NCBI GenBank assembly: GCA_946965045.2
Contig: OX337229.1
Span: forward strand, 992,001 to 1,056,000
Length of the DNA stretch: 64,000 bases
Reading direction: 5' to 3'
Origin: Epithemia pelagica
Taxonomy: Eukaryota > Protista > Bacillariophyta
A model generated the notes under the pieces. That model was not told where the DNA came from. It was given only the letters and a program-made list of their open reading frames with translations, and did no database searches. The position numbers were made by a program, and so were the translations under genes. The stretch's first letter is position 1. Every line of letters starts with the position of its first letter. Positions 43,807 through 54,403 of this stretch are shown here, in pieces.

Positions 43807-44984
43807 ATGCAAAACGAATACACAAGTGGACTTTGCGTCGACTCACGGACGATCAGCTTGGAAAGCCTTCCTCGATACAATTTGGAAAGCATGCTTGTGA
43901 CGGATGACAGTCTAGGCGAATCCATTGCGAAAGGTGGCGTTGCAATCCCTTTTCCTTGGCGTTTGTACGAGTGTTTGGATGCCGGTAAGCTCTATTGTCA
44001 TCCGCTCATTCTGTTTCTTCTACTTTGGATTCTCACACGGTGGTGATTGCTATGCAGTGGAACGAGAAGGATTGAATGATATTATTTCCTGGCAACCACA
44101 TGGACGAGCATTCACTGTGATTCAACCCAAAAAGTTTGTAGAACTCATCATGCCACGGTACGTCTCATCTCCTGTACTCTTTCAGGTTGGGAGAGATTTG
44201 ACTCCCAACTCACAGACAGTGACGACGGTTCCAGCTTTTTCAATCAGTCCAAGTATGCATCCTTTCAAAGGCAGCTGAATATGTACGGCTTTTCTCGCTT
44301 TCATCAGGGTAGGGATAAGGGAGCTTATTTCGATTTGTGCTTTGTCCGTGGTCACCGTTCTCTGGTTCGCAACATGACCCGTCGCAAAATCAAAAACAAC
44401 CGGCACGAACCCAGGCCCTTGGTCGAAGACCACGACTTTTACCATGAGGCTTGGACCAATCACTTTGAAGCGTCTGTTCCAGCAGAGTTGTTGTGCGGGC
44501 AATCACAGTCCGACACAATAATGAAAACTGAGAACAACAATGAGTTGTGTGAAAAACAAGAAGAAGGTACCACCTCGTCGCCATCCATTGACGTATCGGC
44601 CGAGTTGGTTGGTCTCAACATTGTTGTTCCATCGCCGACCGAGAGTCCCTCTTGTATACCAGCTCAGGTGGAAATGACAGGAACTACCGCAGACGCTTCT
44701 GTTATCTCCGACGACTTGTCGCTCGCATTGGACGTATCGTCGCTCTTTGGTCAAGATGAAGAATATCGGGATGTGGCATTTTTGAGGGTGGTCTATTTCA
44801 TCTCGTTGAAAACCCATTTGATGCGAGTCACGCTCTGGAACCAATTCCTGTTGTAAAAGTACCTTGTTCTTCCTGCCAATGCTACTGCAGCAGCAATGTT
44901 AGCGGGAACTCCAATACTGCAACCGACACCTCCATGGCGGACCTAAATGATCCTCTCCTTGTGGATGGTCTATTGTCGCTGTAA
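43807..44984 (+). CDS. HSF-type transcription factor, possibly with a 1-nt frameshift near the 3' end
   Basis: Exons 43807-43984, 44058-44157 and 44235-44856 as assembled (44984 if corrected). Spliced domain: PFPWRLYECLDAVEREGLNDIISWQPHGRAFTV..IMPRFFNQSKYASFQRQLNMYGFSRFHQGRDKGAYF. Confidence 0.9.
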
Positions 44985-45585
44985 GAACAACTCCAGACTG
45001 GTCTGACTTTCCCTACAGCTGTTCGACAGCATCCGATCTAAGTCCCCGAACCTCTGATTTGCTGCGCCGCTCTGGTATCGAGAAAGTTGATTGCTTGGTT
45101 TTTCTGCGTCCATTCAAGTCTCCCGGGATGGATCTTTGTTGGACCGTACAGTCGTACGTACACATACAGTCTCTCTGTACAAATGCATAAATCTCCCGAC
45201 GTGTTCGACATCTCGCGTGGAGCACAAGTCTCCCGACATCTTCGAACTCTTGCGTGGACACCTTCATTTAGAACGAGCAATGGCAAGTGGGATGTATAAT
45301 TCTTAATTTAGAAAGAAAACAGTTGACGTCTAGTGCTAACACCATATAAACTGTTTTCTTACATTATCTCTCACCAGAGCGATGAGTTGTCCTGCCGCAG
45401 TTGGATGTTGTCGCAGCCAATAGAAGTAGTATGACGCTTCAAAAAGAATATCGACGACGAGGCCAGTACTGAACAAGAATGTAATGTTTCTGATTGAAGA
45501 AGTGATGAGCTTGGAGTTGTCATCAAAGGACGATGGAGCACAAAGGGTGAAGTGTATCTGATTCATGAATCGTTGGGTTGGGGTT

Positions 45586-46987
45586 CTAACGATAGTTATC
45601 TGTCTCGGTGGGAGAACGATAGTAATCGGTCTCGGTGGGAGAAACATCAATGGTTGTTGATGCTTTTTGAATGGCTTGACTTTTTCCTTTGCCTTCGCCC
45701 CATGCGAACAGTTCTTGAACCGGTTCCGGAAATTTCGTTCGATCGATAGGGCCAACGGACGACAAAAAGGCAAACCACAAGGAGGGTGTCAAGAGAAACT
45801 CTGGCCATGTAAGTGTTGGTTTGGCAATAAAGGGGAAAATTTCCGCAACAGGGTCTTTTGGTATTGGACCCATCCCTCGTAACCTTGTAGCGTAGTGGTA
45901 TTGCGACAGAAAATGAACTTGTCGCAAGCCAACAATCAAATCAAAGGGAAAGAAAAACGGAAAGCACCACCAGACTGAGGGGGAACGTTATCGAAGAAAG
46001 CACGGTTTAGAAACATAACAACATGACGCTCTCAGGCTTCTGGAGTATTGTCACTTACCTGAGAGTGGGGCTTCTTGTCCAATCTCTGTGTACAACTCTG
46101 GAGAGAGAAGGAGGTGGTTAGAAACATCACGAAAAATGTACAAAACAAAATTAAAAACACCATCTCACCGTTGACCCTTGTGTAGAGGAGGAATTGAGTA
46201 TAATAGATGAAGAAAATACCCACATTGCACCACAGCAACCCACCAGGAACGTGGAAAAGGACGGCTAATGGACCTAGCACACTGTCGTGTACCCGGATGG
46301 ACGGTGAGAAATGTCATGTTGTTTGCTTGCACTCGAATCATTGCGTTTTCGTACCTGAAATAGACGAACGGCCCCAATGTTCCATATCCTCCAAATCCCT
46401 TGGGTGTGATACCCTTGTCCAACTCCATTTGAAATAGTTCCTCTTCCACGCAAAACTTATAAAATCCATACCATAACAATCCAGTTGGTACACCTGCAGA
46501 ATGAATCAAAATAGCAGGATTGAGAACACACACGAGGATGAATTCCATTGCATTGGTTTTTTGCCGTCTTACTTCCGAGGATCACGAGCCACAGAGGCCT
46601 GGGGACACCGGGTGATCCAGGAGGCGAGGTTAAGAGTTCGATGAAATCAAAGTCAGTCCGAACAAAGGCCGAATCCTCCAAACGGACATCAAAATTTGCG
46701 CGAATTCCGGGTGGGACTGTTTGCTTAAAAAATTCATTCACTCGAACGTTGAACGGTGTCTCTCCATTGTTGCCTCCCCCAGTAAGCTTCAAATCCGGAG
46801 GCGTCCAGGAGGATGCGCAGACAATCTTGTTCTTCTGTTCGTGATGACGACGGAACTGGCTTGGCACCACCGTTGAAACTAAAGGGACAGTTGTTCTTGG
46901 TGATGGAGTGGTTGTAAATGCCGAAACCTGATCTTGGCATAAGGACAGGACCAGTGCCGACGATAGAACCCAATAGAGGTCTTTCAT
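45586..46987 (-). CDS. Plastid-targeted multi-pass membrane protein of unknown function (5 exons)
   Basis: Exons 46987-46573, 46493-46355, 46281-46169, 46097-46059 and 45974-45586 sum to 1,095 nt (364 aa) with all GT-AG introns. Signal peptide ends VSA-FTT; several hydrophobic helices (…VWWCFPFFFPFDLIVGLRQVHFL…). Confidence 0.8.
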
Positions 46988-47794
46988 TCTCTCTGTTTTC
47001 CGATCTTTTCTCTTGATGTTTCCGACTTCCGACCAAAATGTTGTGTCTGTGATGTTACAGTTGCGGTGGCGGCAGGTGTTGATCCCCATTCTGTAGAAAG
47101 GAGATGTGGAGAATTGGCCACGTACGGCGGTTCTGTCTCTGCGACATGGATGAGACATGAGGATGTCTCTGTCGCATCGCTATTCGCCCTACCTGCAATA
47201 GACGCAATACATCGCTCATTAGCGTCATAAAGGGTTCGGCAGATGTTGCGAGAGGACAAAATGAGACGCTATGATGATTGTAACCAACCTAGTGTGAAAG
47301 GAGATTTCAACGCCTTGATTTGGTTCAATCAATCATCAAATAAAAGATCACTTGAAACCGGGGCGTACGTGGTCAATTTTAGGTGACAATGGGTAGATAC
47401 TGTGTTGTCTTCAATAGAAAAGAAAATGCACCTTGACTGTCCATGTTGTTGCTTTCCTTACTGAAACAGTCTACGCAGTAGATTTTGTCTTTGGAATTCA
47501 TATGTTACGGCAATCCTAATACAGAACATTGTCCTACACATGACAAATTGTTCGTAGAATGCACACTAGAAGTATATTATAAACAGCTAATCTTTCTTCC
47601 TTCTTGGTCGTTGCCAGTTTCCCTCATCCTGTGAGGATTTCCATGCTATTCTTTCGACTCAATTCAACCCTTACTTGAACAATGTCAGATTCCAAAAATC
47701 ATTGTCATTATTGGCATCCAGCTGTCTGGTTCTGGAAACCAGAGAACAAGGATGGTTTCCTTTGCAGGATCACCACCCTTCTCCATTGTCATCT

Positions 47795-48199
47795 TCAGAG
47801 CACATCGGAATCCATGGATCTCACTCTACGAGACTTGCGTCGTTGAGAAAACCTTCTCAATCCAGCCAAGGGTTTGCGTTCTGGAACTTTTTTGGAGTTG
47901 GCCTTGTTGTTGTTCTTCTTGTTGCTGGCAGCTATGCCCGTTCTTGTTGTGGTTGGTGTCTCGGGCAGGGATTCCGAAGCGGTCGATGCATTGGACATGC
48001 TATCATTGCGACTGGCGCTTCGACCGGCTTCGTCTTGGTGGTTGTACGAACAAATGTTGGGAGTCAAGGAATTGCGCCACGCCGAATGAGCGACATGATG
48101 ACGAGGCGAACAAGGATCCCACGCATCCATCATCAACTTGGTGTCGAAGGACGACGTGGTGGTGTTTTCCGTAGGATTCGATCGTGATGGTTGCGCCAT
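47795..48199 (-). CDS. Hypothetical low-complexity protein
   Basis: 134-aa ORF with ATG in ACCATC context. No domain recognised; upstream exons are not resolved. Confidence 0.3.
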   Translation of the reverse strand: MAQPSRSNPTENTTTSSFDTKLMMDAWDPCSPRHHVAHSAWRNSLTPNICSYNHQDEAGRSASRNDSMSNASTASESLPETPTTTRTGIAASNKKNNNKANSKKVPERKPLAGLRRFSQRRKSRRVRSMDSDVL

Positions 48200-50366
48200 G
48201 ATGGTTGTTGTGAGAATGAGATTATTTGTGTGAGTATGTCAACTGCCAACGGGAGATTCGCGTTCAGGTCTTGGATGATAATGTCTGTGTGATCCAGGCG
48301 AGGTGCAATCAATCACTGGATGGCTCTCTTTCTCAAACGAAACAAGACGATGCTTCGCAGGTTTGGGTGTACTCGTTTATTGGTTCGTGCCCCAAGTGGG
48401 AGGGAACAGAACCAGTCCTTTTTGTTGTGGTTGAGCCGCAACAAATCAAACTTCAATTGGTTCGTGGTGTGTGGTGGAAATGTGGCTGCGAGAAACTTCG
48501 TATTTTGTGTGCTCGTTGGTGTGTGGGGGACACTGGGTTGGTGGTAGCCGTTTTGGAGTGAGACACACCACAGGTTTTTGGGGACATGTTGGGGACCCGC
48601 GAAACCAGATTGCCTCCTCGCGTCTTTTGGTACACTCTCTCGCTGACTTTGTCGAATGTACTTTGCGTCCAACAATACCCTCCATTGGAGGCGCCAAGAT
48701 CTTGTGTGGCGAACCTTTGGCGAACCCTCACGACTTGAGAACCCACTGCTTCCAATTCCCAGTATACAATGTGATATGTACTGTCATCATTATTGTATCT
48801 ATATGAGTCGCACCCACTCAGTAGTGGTTGCGAACCTCTGCATCCCTATCGAGAATCGAGGACGACTCTCGTTGATCGCACAAATCCGATCATCGGATTG
48901 ATTTTGTATGTGTGGGCAATACATTCCGACAAAGTAGGGCCTCCCTTGCTCTCGCTGAAAGAAAGTACTCACCGCTTCCCCCTCCTCCTCCTTGGAAAAA
49001 CTAGACAGGCACAAAAGGATTTTTCAGTCATGACAAGTGCGCGAACCAGAATGTTTTTGGTGAGGCATTTGGTCCCGTCCTGTTTGCTTAGAGTCTCTTA
49101 GTCTTCTAGGTTATTATTTGGTTATGTGGATGATGGATCCTCCATGGCTTGCCATGGCTTGGGGGAAAGACACGATCGCGGGGGATGTGGGAATGAAACC
49201 GGGTCTACGTCTCTAGTCTCTACCCTCTACCACAGAAGCAAGCAGTGCGGGAGTGGGATTGGGATTGGGTATTGGGTCTATCCCCATAGTCCATAGTCAT
49301 ATAGAGACCTCCCTCCATCGGTAGACGATGCAAGAGCAAGACTGAATCCAGGATGGGGATAAAGAAGTAGCACAAGTTCACGAGCAAATCATTGGACTCG
49401 ATGGACTCGAAACAATTCTCACTCGCTTTCCTCCTCCCACGAGCCCCACCTCTTTTGGAATGGATTATGGGAATGCTCGTTCGGACGCGACAATAGATAT
49501 GACTCTCAATGCAATCTACCAGTAATAGAGAAGGAACAGAACGTCTCACAAAATTCTGTGAGGATGGGTCAACAGCACATTCTGGGTAGGGATTTGTGAC
49601 GGTAACTTGTTCAGATCTCGGCTAGATCGGCATGACAAACCAGCTGGTCGAACACGCCGGTCGAGCCGGGCACCAGCCAATGAAAGCGCGACAATAATGC
49701 GACTAGATACTATGACCCAAAGAGTAGACTCTCAAAATATCACACAGATGAAGAAGATCTTCCACCGCGAGAAAACCCACCGCCTCCGCCTCATCTTCCA
49801 TTCAACGTTCCTCTCTCTCTAGAGCTCTGGCAAACCAGTCTGGAGGATTGAGGAGATATCGTTTACTTCTGAACGATTCTTACAAAACCAAACTCACTGC
49901 ATCGTCTGCCTTTTTGCCTCATTTGTTGTTGACAGAAGAGCAAGCAAGAAGAAGAAAGAGAGTAGGATTTTTCTCTCTTCTGCGACAGAAGAAATTTTGC
50001 GGGTCGCGGTCGCTGGTACAAAACTCACCCCACAAGTCGTGTCAAGAGAGTGAGGGATCGAATCGACAAAGTCGGTCGTCCTCCCACCATCTCACAAGAC
50101 CGCAACACACGAGTGGAGCAACAAGCGCCATTCGTCACCGGCCGAATCAGAAGAGAGAGAAACATTGTCTTTCTCGCCCTTGGACGCAAGACAAGGAGAG
50201 GAGCCAATCATTGTGTGTTCTGGTATCATCATCATCATCCATCATGAAATCCTTTCGCAACAAGAATTCGTCCACGACGACAAAACAATGCCGAAAGGCA
50301 ACCAGCAGCAGCAAGACGATCCAAACGACCGACACTCCCGAGAATACGACGACGACGACGACAATC

Positions 50367-51539
50367 ATGGCAGCCGCACCCGAGGCTCGTCCCTCCACGA
50401 CGGCATCGGGGGTGGACATTGCGGGAGATGGCATTGTGTGGCGCGAAAGTTTGGCCGTTGTGGAAGGTGTGACACCCGATGGTCATCCCCAATTGACGTT
50501 GCGAAGTTACTTTCGACATCCCGTCACGTTGGAACGCGTCTGGGATGAGCCACCCTCCGGGGCCAGTGCGGTTGACTTTGCCACCTTGGAACAACGACAA
50601 GCCGCCCTGAGACAAATGCAAGAGTTGCAAGCCACACTGGATCTCATTCCTCCCGATCCTTCATCCTTACCGGAAACCAACACCAGCAACACTAAAAATA
50701 AACAGGGAAGAAATGGCCGTAAACAATCACAGCAAAGCGGTAACAATACCAACAACAACCAGGGAGGATGGTTGAGTCGTTTGAAGCGCCGGGGTGATCC
50801 TCCGACCTTGCAGGACGAATCCAAGGATTTGAATTTGCAACGTGCCATTGCGCGAAGCATGGCCGATCAACAACGCAAGGGAAAGAGACGGACCACCAGC
50901 AGTAGCAAAACCAACTCTGCTACAAATCATAATGACGATCCCCGTATTTTGTACGATTCCGAATACAGTGAACGTCGAACGTCAGCCTCCACCTCTCGTA
51001 CCGATGAGAACGATGTGGAGGATGACGACGATTTGGCCATGGCCAAGGCACTGAGTTTGTCCACGGCCGCCAATACATCAACGCCATCTGGAACCCCTGC
51101 CATGACCGAAGACGAAATGCTAAAATGGGCCATTGAACAAAGTCAACAACAAGGAGTGCAAGCCGTACCTCCTTCCTCGACCACCACAACAACCACTCCG
51201 GAACGAAAGGTTGCTTCGGCCCCTGTCACTACCACAACAAAACCCTCGTCCTCCGCGGCGTCATCTCCCGCCCACTCTCCTACACACACGGCCACGACTC
51301 CTACGACTGCCTCCAACTCTCCGGCAGTCGTCGATACCTTTGATCCCTATTCGCGACATCATCTTCCATCCTCATCCTCTCTTGCAGCAGCATCCGACGA
51401 GAAACCACCCGAAGAACCATCCATTCAAAAACTGTCCTTGGAACCAGACCAAAAAACTCCGGCCGCAGCTCGACGATTGTCTCGAAATATCATGATTGGA
51501 AGTCGCAAACGCATGGAATCCAAAGCAGGGGTCTTGTGA
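50367..51539 (+). CDS. Protein with a WW-like module and three ubiquitin-interacting-motif (UIM)-like repeats
   Basis: WRES...RSYFRHPVTLERVWDEPP is WW-like. DLNLQRAIARSM, DDDLAMAKALSLS and EDEMLKWAIEQSQ are UIM-like. Start is 50367 (ACAATCATGG) or 50244. Confidence 0.65.
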   Translation: MAAAPEARPSTTASGVDIAGDGIVWRESLAVVEGVTPDGHPQLTLRSYFRHPVTLERVWDEPPSGASAVDFATLEQRQAALRQMQELQATLDLIPPDPSSLPETNTSNTKNKQGRNGRKQSQQSGNNTNNNQGGWLSRLKRRGDPPTLQDESKDLNLQRAIARSMADQQRKGKRRTTSSSKTNSATNHNDDPRILYDSEYSERRTSASTSRTDENDVEDDDDLAMAKALSLSTAANTSTPSGTPAMTEDEMLKWAIEQSQQQGVQAVPPSSTTTTTTPERKVASAPVTTTTKPSSSAASSPAHSPTHTATTPTTASNSPAVVDTFDPYSRHHLPSSSSLAAASDEKPPEEPSIQKLSLEPDQKTPAAARRLSRNIMIGSRKRMESKAGVL

Positions 51540-51963
51540 GAACAAAAAGCCGCGCCAACGTGCAATCACTAAAAACGTTAAAGAGTTTGCGCTGTTCCAG
51601 AGAATGGGGTAGAGGATACTCGAATGCATCTTTTGGGATACTTCCCATGTCGCTTCCTAGCGAACCGAACTACCTAGCTACATATCAAATCATGGATCGA
51701 CGTGCGCACGATCTATGGACGGAATACCGACGTGGTTGCAAGAATAACATCATTTTGAATACGACACTAAATATTTTCAATCTTTGTAGCGCATCGATTG
51801 GACTGTAGAACTCGTGCTCCAGTGAATGCATCCGACAACATTTTGATTCGTAGCGTCCCAATACTTTCATCTGTTGGTGGCCCAGTCTACAGGTCAACAG
51901 ATGGTGGCCGAATCTCTGTCATTGAGGAAGAAACTGTTTTATACTACACGAGGGCGGATTCGA

Positions 51964-53289
51964 CTACTGGCTCAGGTATTGGAGTCGCTTTTTGATGTGA
52001 CGTGGTAAACGATTGCCGGGGGCTTCTGCCGCGATCTCGCTCCACGTCTTGCCCTCTGTGTTTAATTGAATAAGAAGTGCATCCTCTTCCTCGTTCCAAG
52101 TTGTTTTGGGTCGAGATAACTGCGCAGCAGAGAGAGGCATGTTGCAAGTAAGTTGCGACACTGAGAGATAACATAAAAGGCAGCGAAAAGCACTTACGAT
52201 TTTCCAGCGATATTTGCATTGAATGTGGTTTCGACTTCCCCGAAAGAAGTCTTTGGCGACAACGGTCCAGTCGATGATGATTGGAACCCCCAAGGCTTGA
52301 ACGGCGTTCCGGAGAGCATCATCTTCGGTGCTGCTCCAGCGACCCCTACGCCGTGGGAGCGGCATACTGGAGACATGATCACCCCTACCTTCCTCCTTTG
52401 CACAAGTGTCATTTCGACCCTCCCATTGAATCTCCCCCTTACCAACCTTGAGTTTGGCCTTGAGTGTGGCAATACACTTGCCCACGCCCGGCTTACCAAC
52501 CTTGAGTTTGGCCTTGAGTTTGTCAATACACTTCCCCACGCCCGGCTTACCAACCTTGAGTTTGGCGACAGTATCTGAATTACTATCGTCGGTTTCATCT
52601 GCATGTGATGGCAGAGCAATCGAAATCGAAGACTCTGGAACAATGCAAGCATCTTTATCCGTGTGCTCCGCAGAAACAACATCCCCCTTCGGCTCATTCC
52701 AGTCGTCTCGCCATTCCAGCGGCGGTGTCGGACATGGTTGTTCCGAGAACTTGACAGCTTCTTCTTCATCCCACGGTTCCCCGATAGGTTCACACAGAAT
52801 TTGTTGTTCAAACTCTGAGATGGGAGCTTTTGCATCAACGGGAGGACGTTGTCGTTTTTCGCCGGGTACAGCACTAGTACGTTTGGAGAGGATCGAGATG
52901 TCGTTGGTTTTTTCAGATGCCTCATCTCGCGACTCATTGCATGCCACTTGCGCAACCCTTGACCGCGTTTCAGGGCCATCATCATCACCATCATTCAGCG
53001 GACCATGACAGTTTGGAGTTGTGCTATCGGTCAACTCGCCGAGTGTCCAATTTGCAAGGGTAGGATCCATCCATTCTATATCGTTAGGATCAGGTGCCTG
53101 ATCCCATGCTTCCAGTGCGGCAGTCACGTTGTTGTGTTTCTTGTCGGTTTCCACTGTTTCATGGGGAAACGATTTGCGCTTCTTGGAGCTGGAACTTGCA
53201 TCAGGAAGCTTGGATTCATGGGGGGATCGTTTCTTTGGGACCATGGACGGCCGATCCGAAAGATGGTGATTCGTTTCTGGAGAGACCAT
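51964..53289 (-). CDS. Two-repeat Myb transcription factor
   Basis: GRWSSTEDDALRNAV..DWTVVAKDFF..RNHIQCKYRWK and TWNEEEDALL..KTWSEIAAEAPG. In-frame 78-bp GT-AG intron at 52197-52120. The start codon is uncertain. Confidence 0.82.
   Translation of the reverse strand: MVSPETNHHLSDRPSMVPKKRSPHESKLPDASSSSKKRKSFPHETVETDKKHNNVTAALEAWDQAPDPNDIEWMDPTLANWTLGELTDSTTPNCHGPLNDGDDDGPETRSRVAQVACNESRDEASEKTNDISILSKRTSAVPGEKRQRPPVDAKAPISEFEQQILCEPIGEPWDEEEAVKFSEQPCPTPPLEWRDDWNEPKGDVVSAEHTDKDACIVPESSISIALPSHADETDDSNSDTVAKLKVGKPGVGKCIDKLKAKLKVGKPGVGKCIATLKAKLKVGKGEIQWEGRNDTCAKEEGRGDHVSSMPLPRRRGRWSSTEDDALRNAVQALGVPIIIDWTVVAKDFFRGSRNHIQCKYRWKIVSAFRCLLCYLSVSQLTCNMPLSAAQLSRPKTTWNEEEDALLIQLNTEGKTWSEIAAEAPGNRLPRHIKKRLQYLSQ
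52438..52566. repeat. 54-bp coding tandem repeat (2.4 copies) inside the Myb gene
   Basis: CTTACCAACCTTGAGTTTGGC recurs at 52438, 52492 and 52546, encoding AKLKVGKPGVGKCIxxLK. Confidence 0.9.
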
Positions 53290-53527
53290 GCTTCCCAATG
53301 GTGCAATGGTGCGTTTCTTGCGCCAAAAGCTCAATTGCCTAGAACCTGAGGTGAAGAATACCAACGTCGTTACCGAGTACGGTGGATTCCACAAAAGCTT
53401 TGTTGATCAAAATGTGTTGTTGATGATTGATTGTGTGTATCGACTTTGATACTGCCAGAAGAGTGCTCGATCCAGAGGAAACTGATACGTTGGAATCTTT
53501 GAGCAACAGATTGTCTCTACTTGGAGA

Positions 53528-53917
53528 ATGGACCCAAGTTGGCCACCACAAGGAACCTCATCCTTTGGCAAGCGTTTGAAACGACAAGCGAAACGGCTCA
53601 TATCTCTCGGCATGATTGCTGCACAAAAGGAGGTGCGGCCGGCCGACTACACAAGACGTGTTCCTCATTTATCATCGTTGTCGTGCCAATCGTTGACAAG
53701 CTCATATCATCCTGGAGTAAATAACTTGATTTCAGTCCGAGGAATCACCATCGAAAGAAGCGGCTTTCTCAAGAAGGGCAGCAACAAAGTTCATGGATCT
53801 AAAGAACCACATCCATTGTGGCGTTTGTTGTCTTTTGTTGTCATCGTCATTGGTGTTATTTTTGTGTCATTGGCACTGGTCGCCGAAATTATTTTTCAAT
53901 CGCGTTTGGGTCGATGA
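53528..53917 (+). CDS. Small hypothetical protein with a C-terminal hydrophobic helix
   Basis: 129-aa ORF ending LLSFVVIVIGVIFVSLALVAEIIF; no homology recognised. Confidence 0.3.
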   Translation: MDPSWPPQGTSSFGKRLKRQAKRLISLGMIAAQKEVRPADYTRRVPHLSSLSCQSLTSSYHPGVNNLISVRGITIERSGFLKKGSNKVHGSKEPHPLWRLLSFVVIVIGVIFVSLALVAEIIFQSRLGR

Positions 53918-54403
53918 GTGACGCATGTCGTCTTCACCTGAAAACGCATTCACAGACACGGACGACACTTCTGCTTCATTCTCATTTGATGCCAACAAGA
54001 GAACAAGACGTGTTCATCATCCAAGACACTCGGCGACTGCTCTTTTTGCGCTTCTCTGGCATCTTGCATCTCACATGTCTCTTGATGGTTGTGTGTCTTC
54101 GACTTGCGACGTGCGTATGTGCCATGTCAACTCTAGTAGTAGTAGGTACCTCTAGAGTTCTTCTCTTTCATGTCATCACTTGGTCGGAATGAGGAAGCAC
54201 GTGAGCGAGGGGGGAGGAGTTGAATGAGAAATCCAAACATCAACTCCCCAGCCCTTGTCAGCATTCCGAATCTTGGCCCGTGACAAGTAGATTCCAAAAA
54301 CTGGACGTAGGTACTCTTCTTGAGATCTGGAATCACGTATCCGAGTCAAACGGGACGACGTAAGAACAAGAGGTGAAATAGAAATACGTTCTGATTGAAG
54401 ACA

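Noticed and set aside
45586-45939. Stand-alone ORF initially suspected to be a TE remnant
   Set aside because: It splices cleanly as exon 5 of the membrane-protein gene starting at 46987.
51700-51963. Possible decayed third Myb repeat downstream of the stop
   Set aside because: Only faint resemblance spread over different frames with multiple stops; not supportable by eye.
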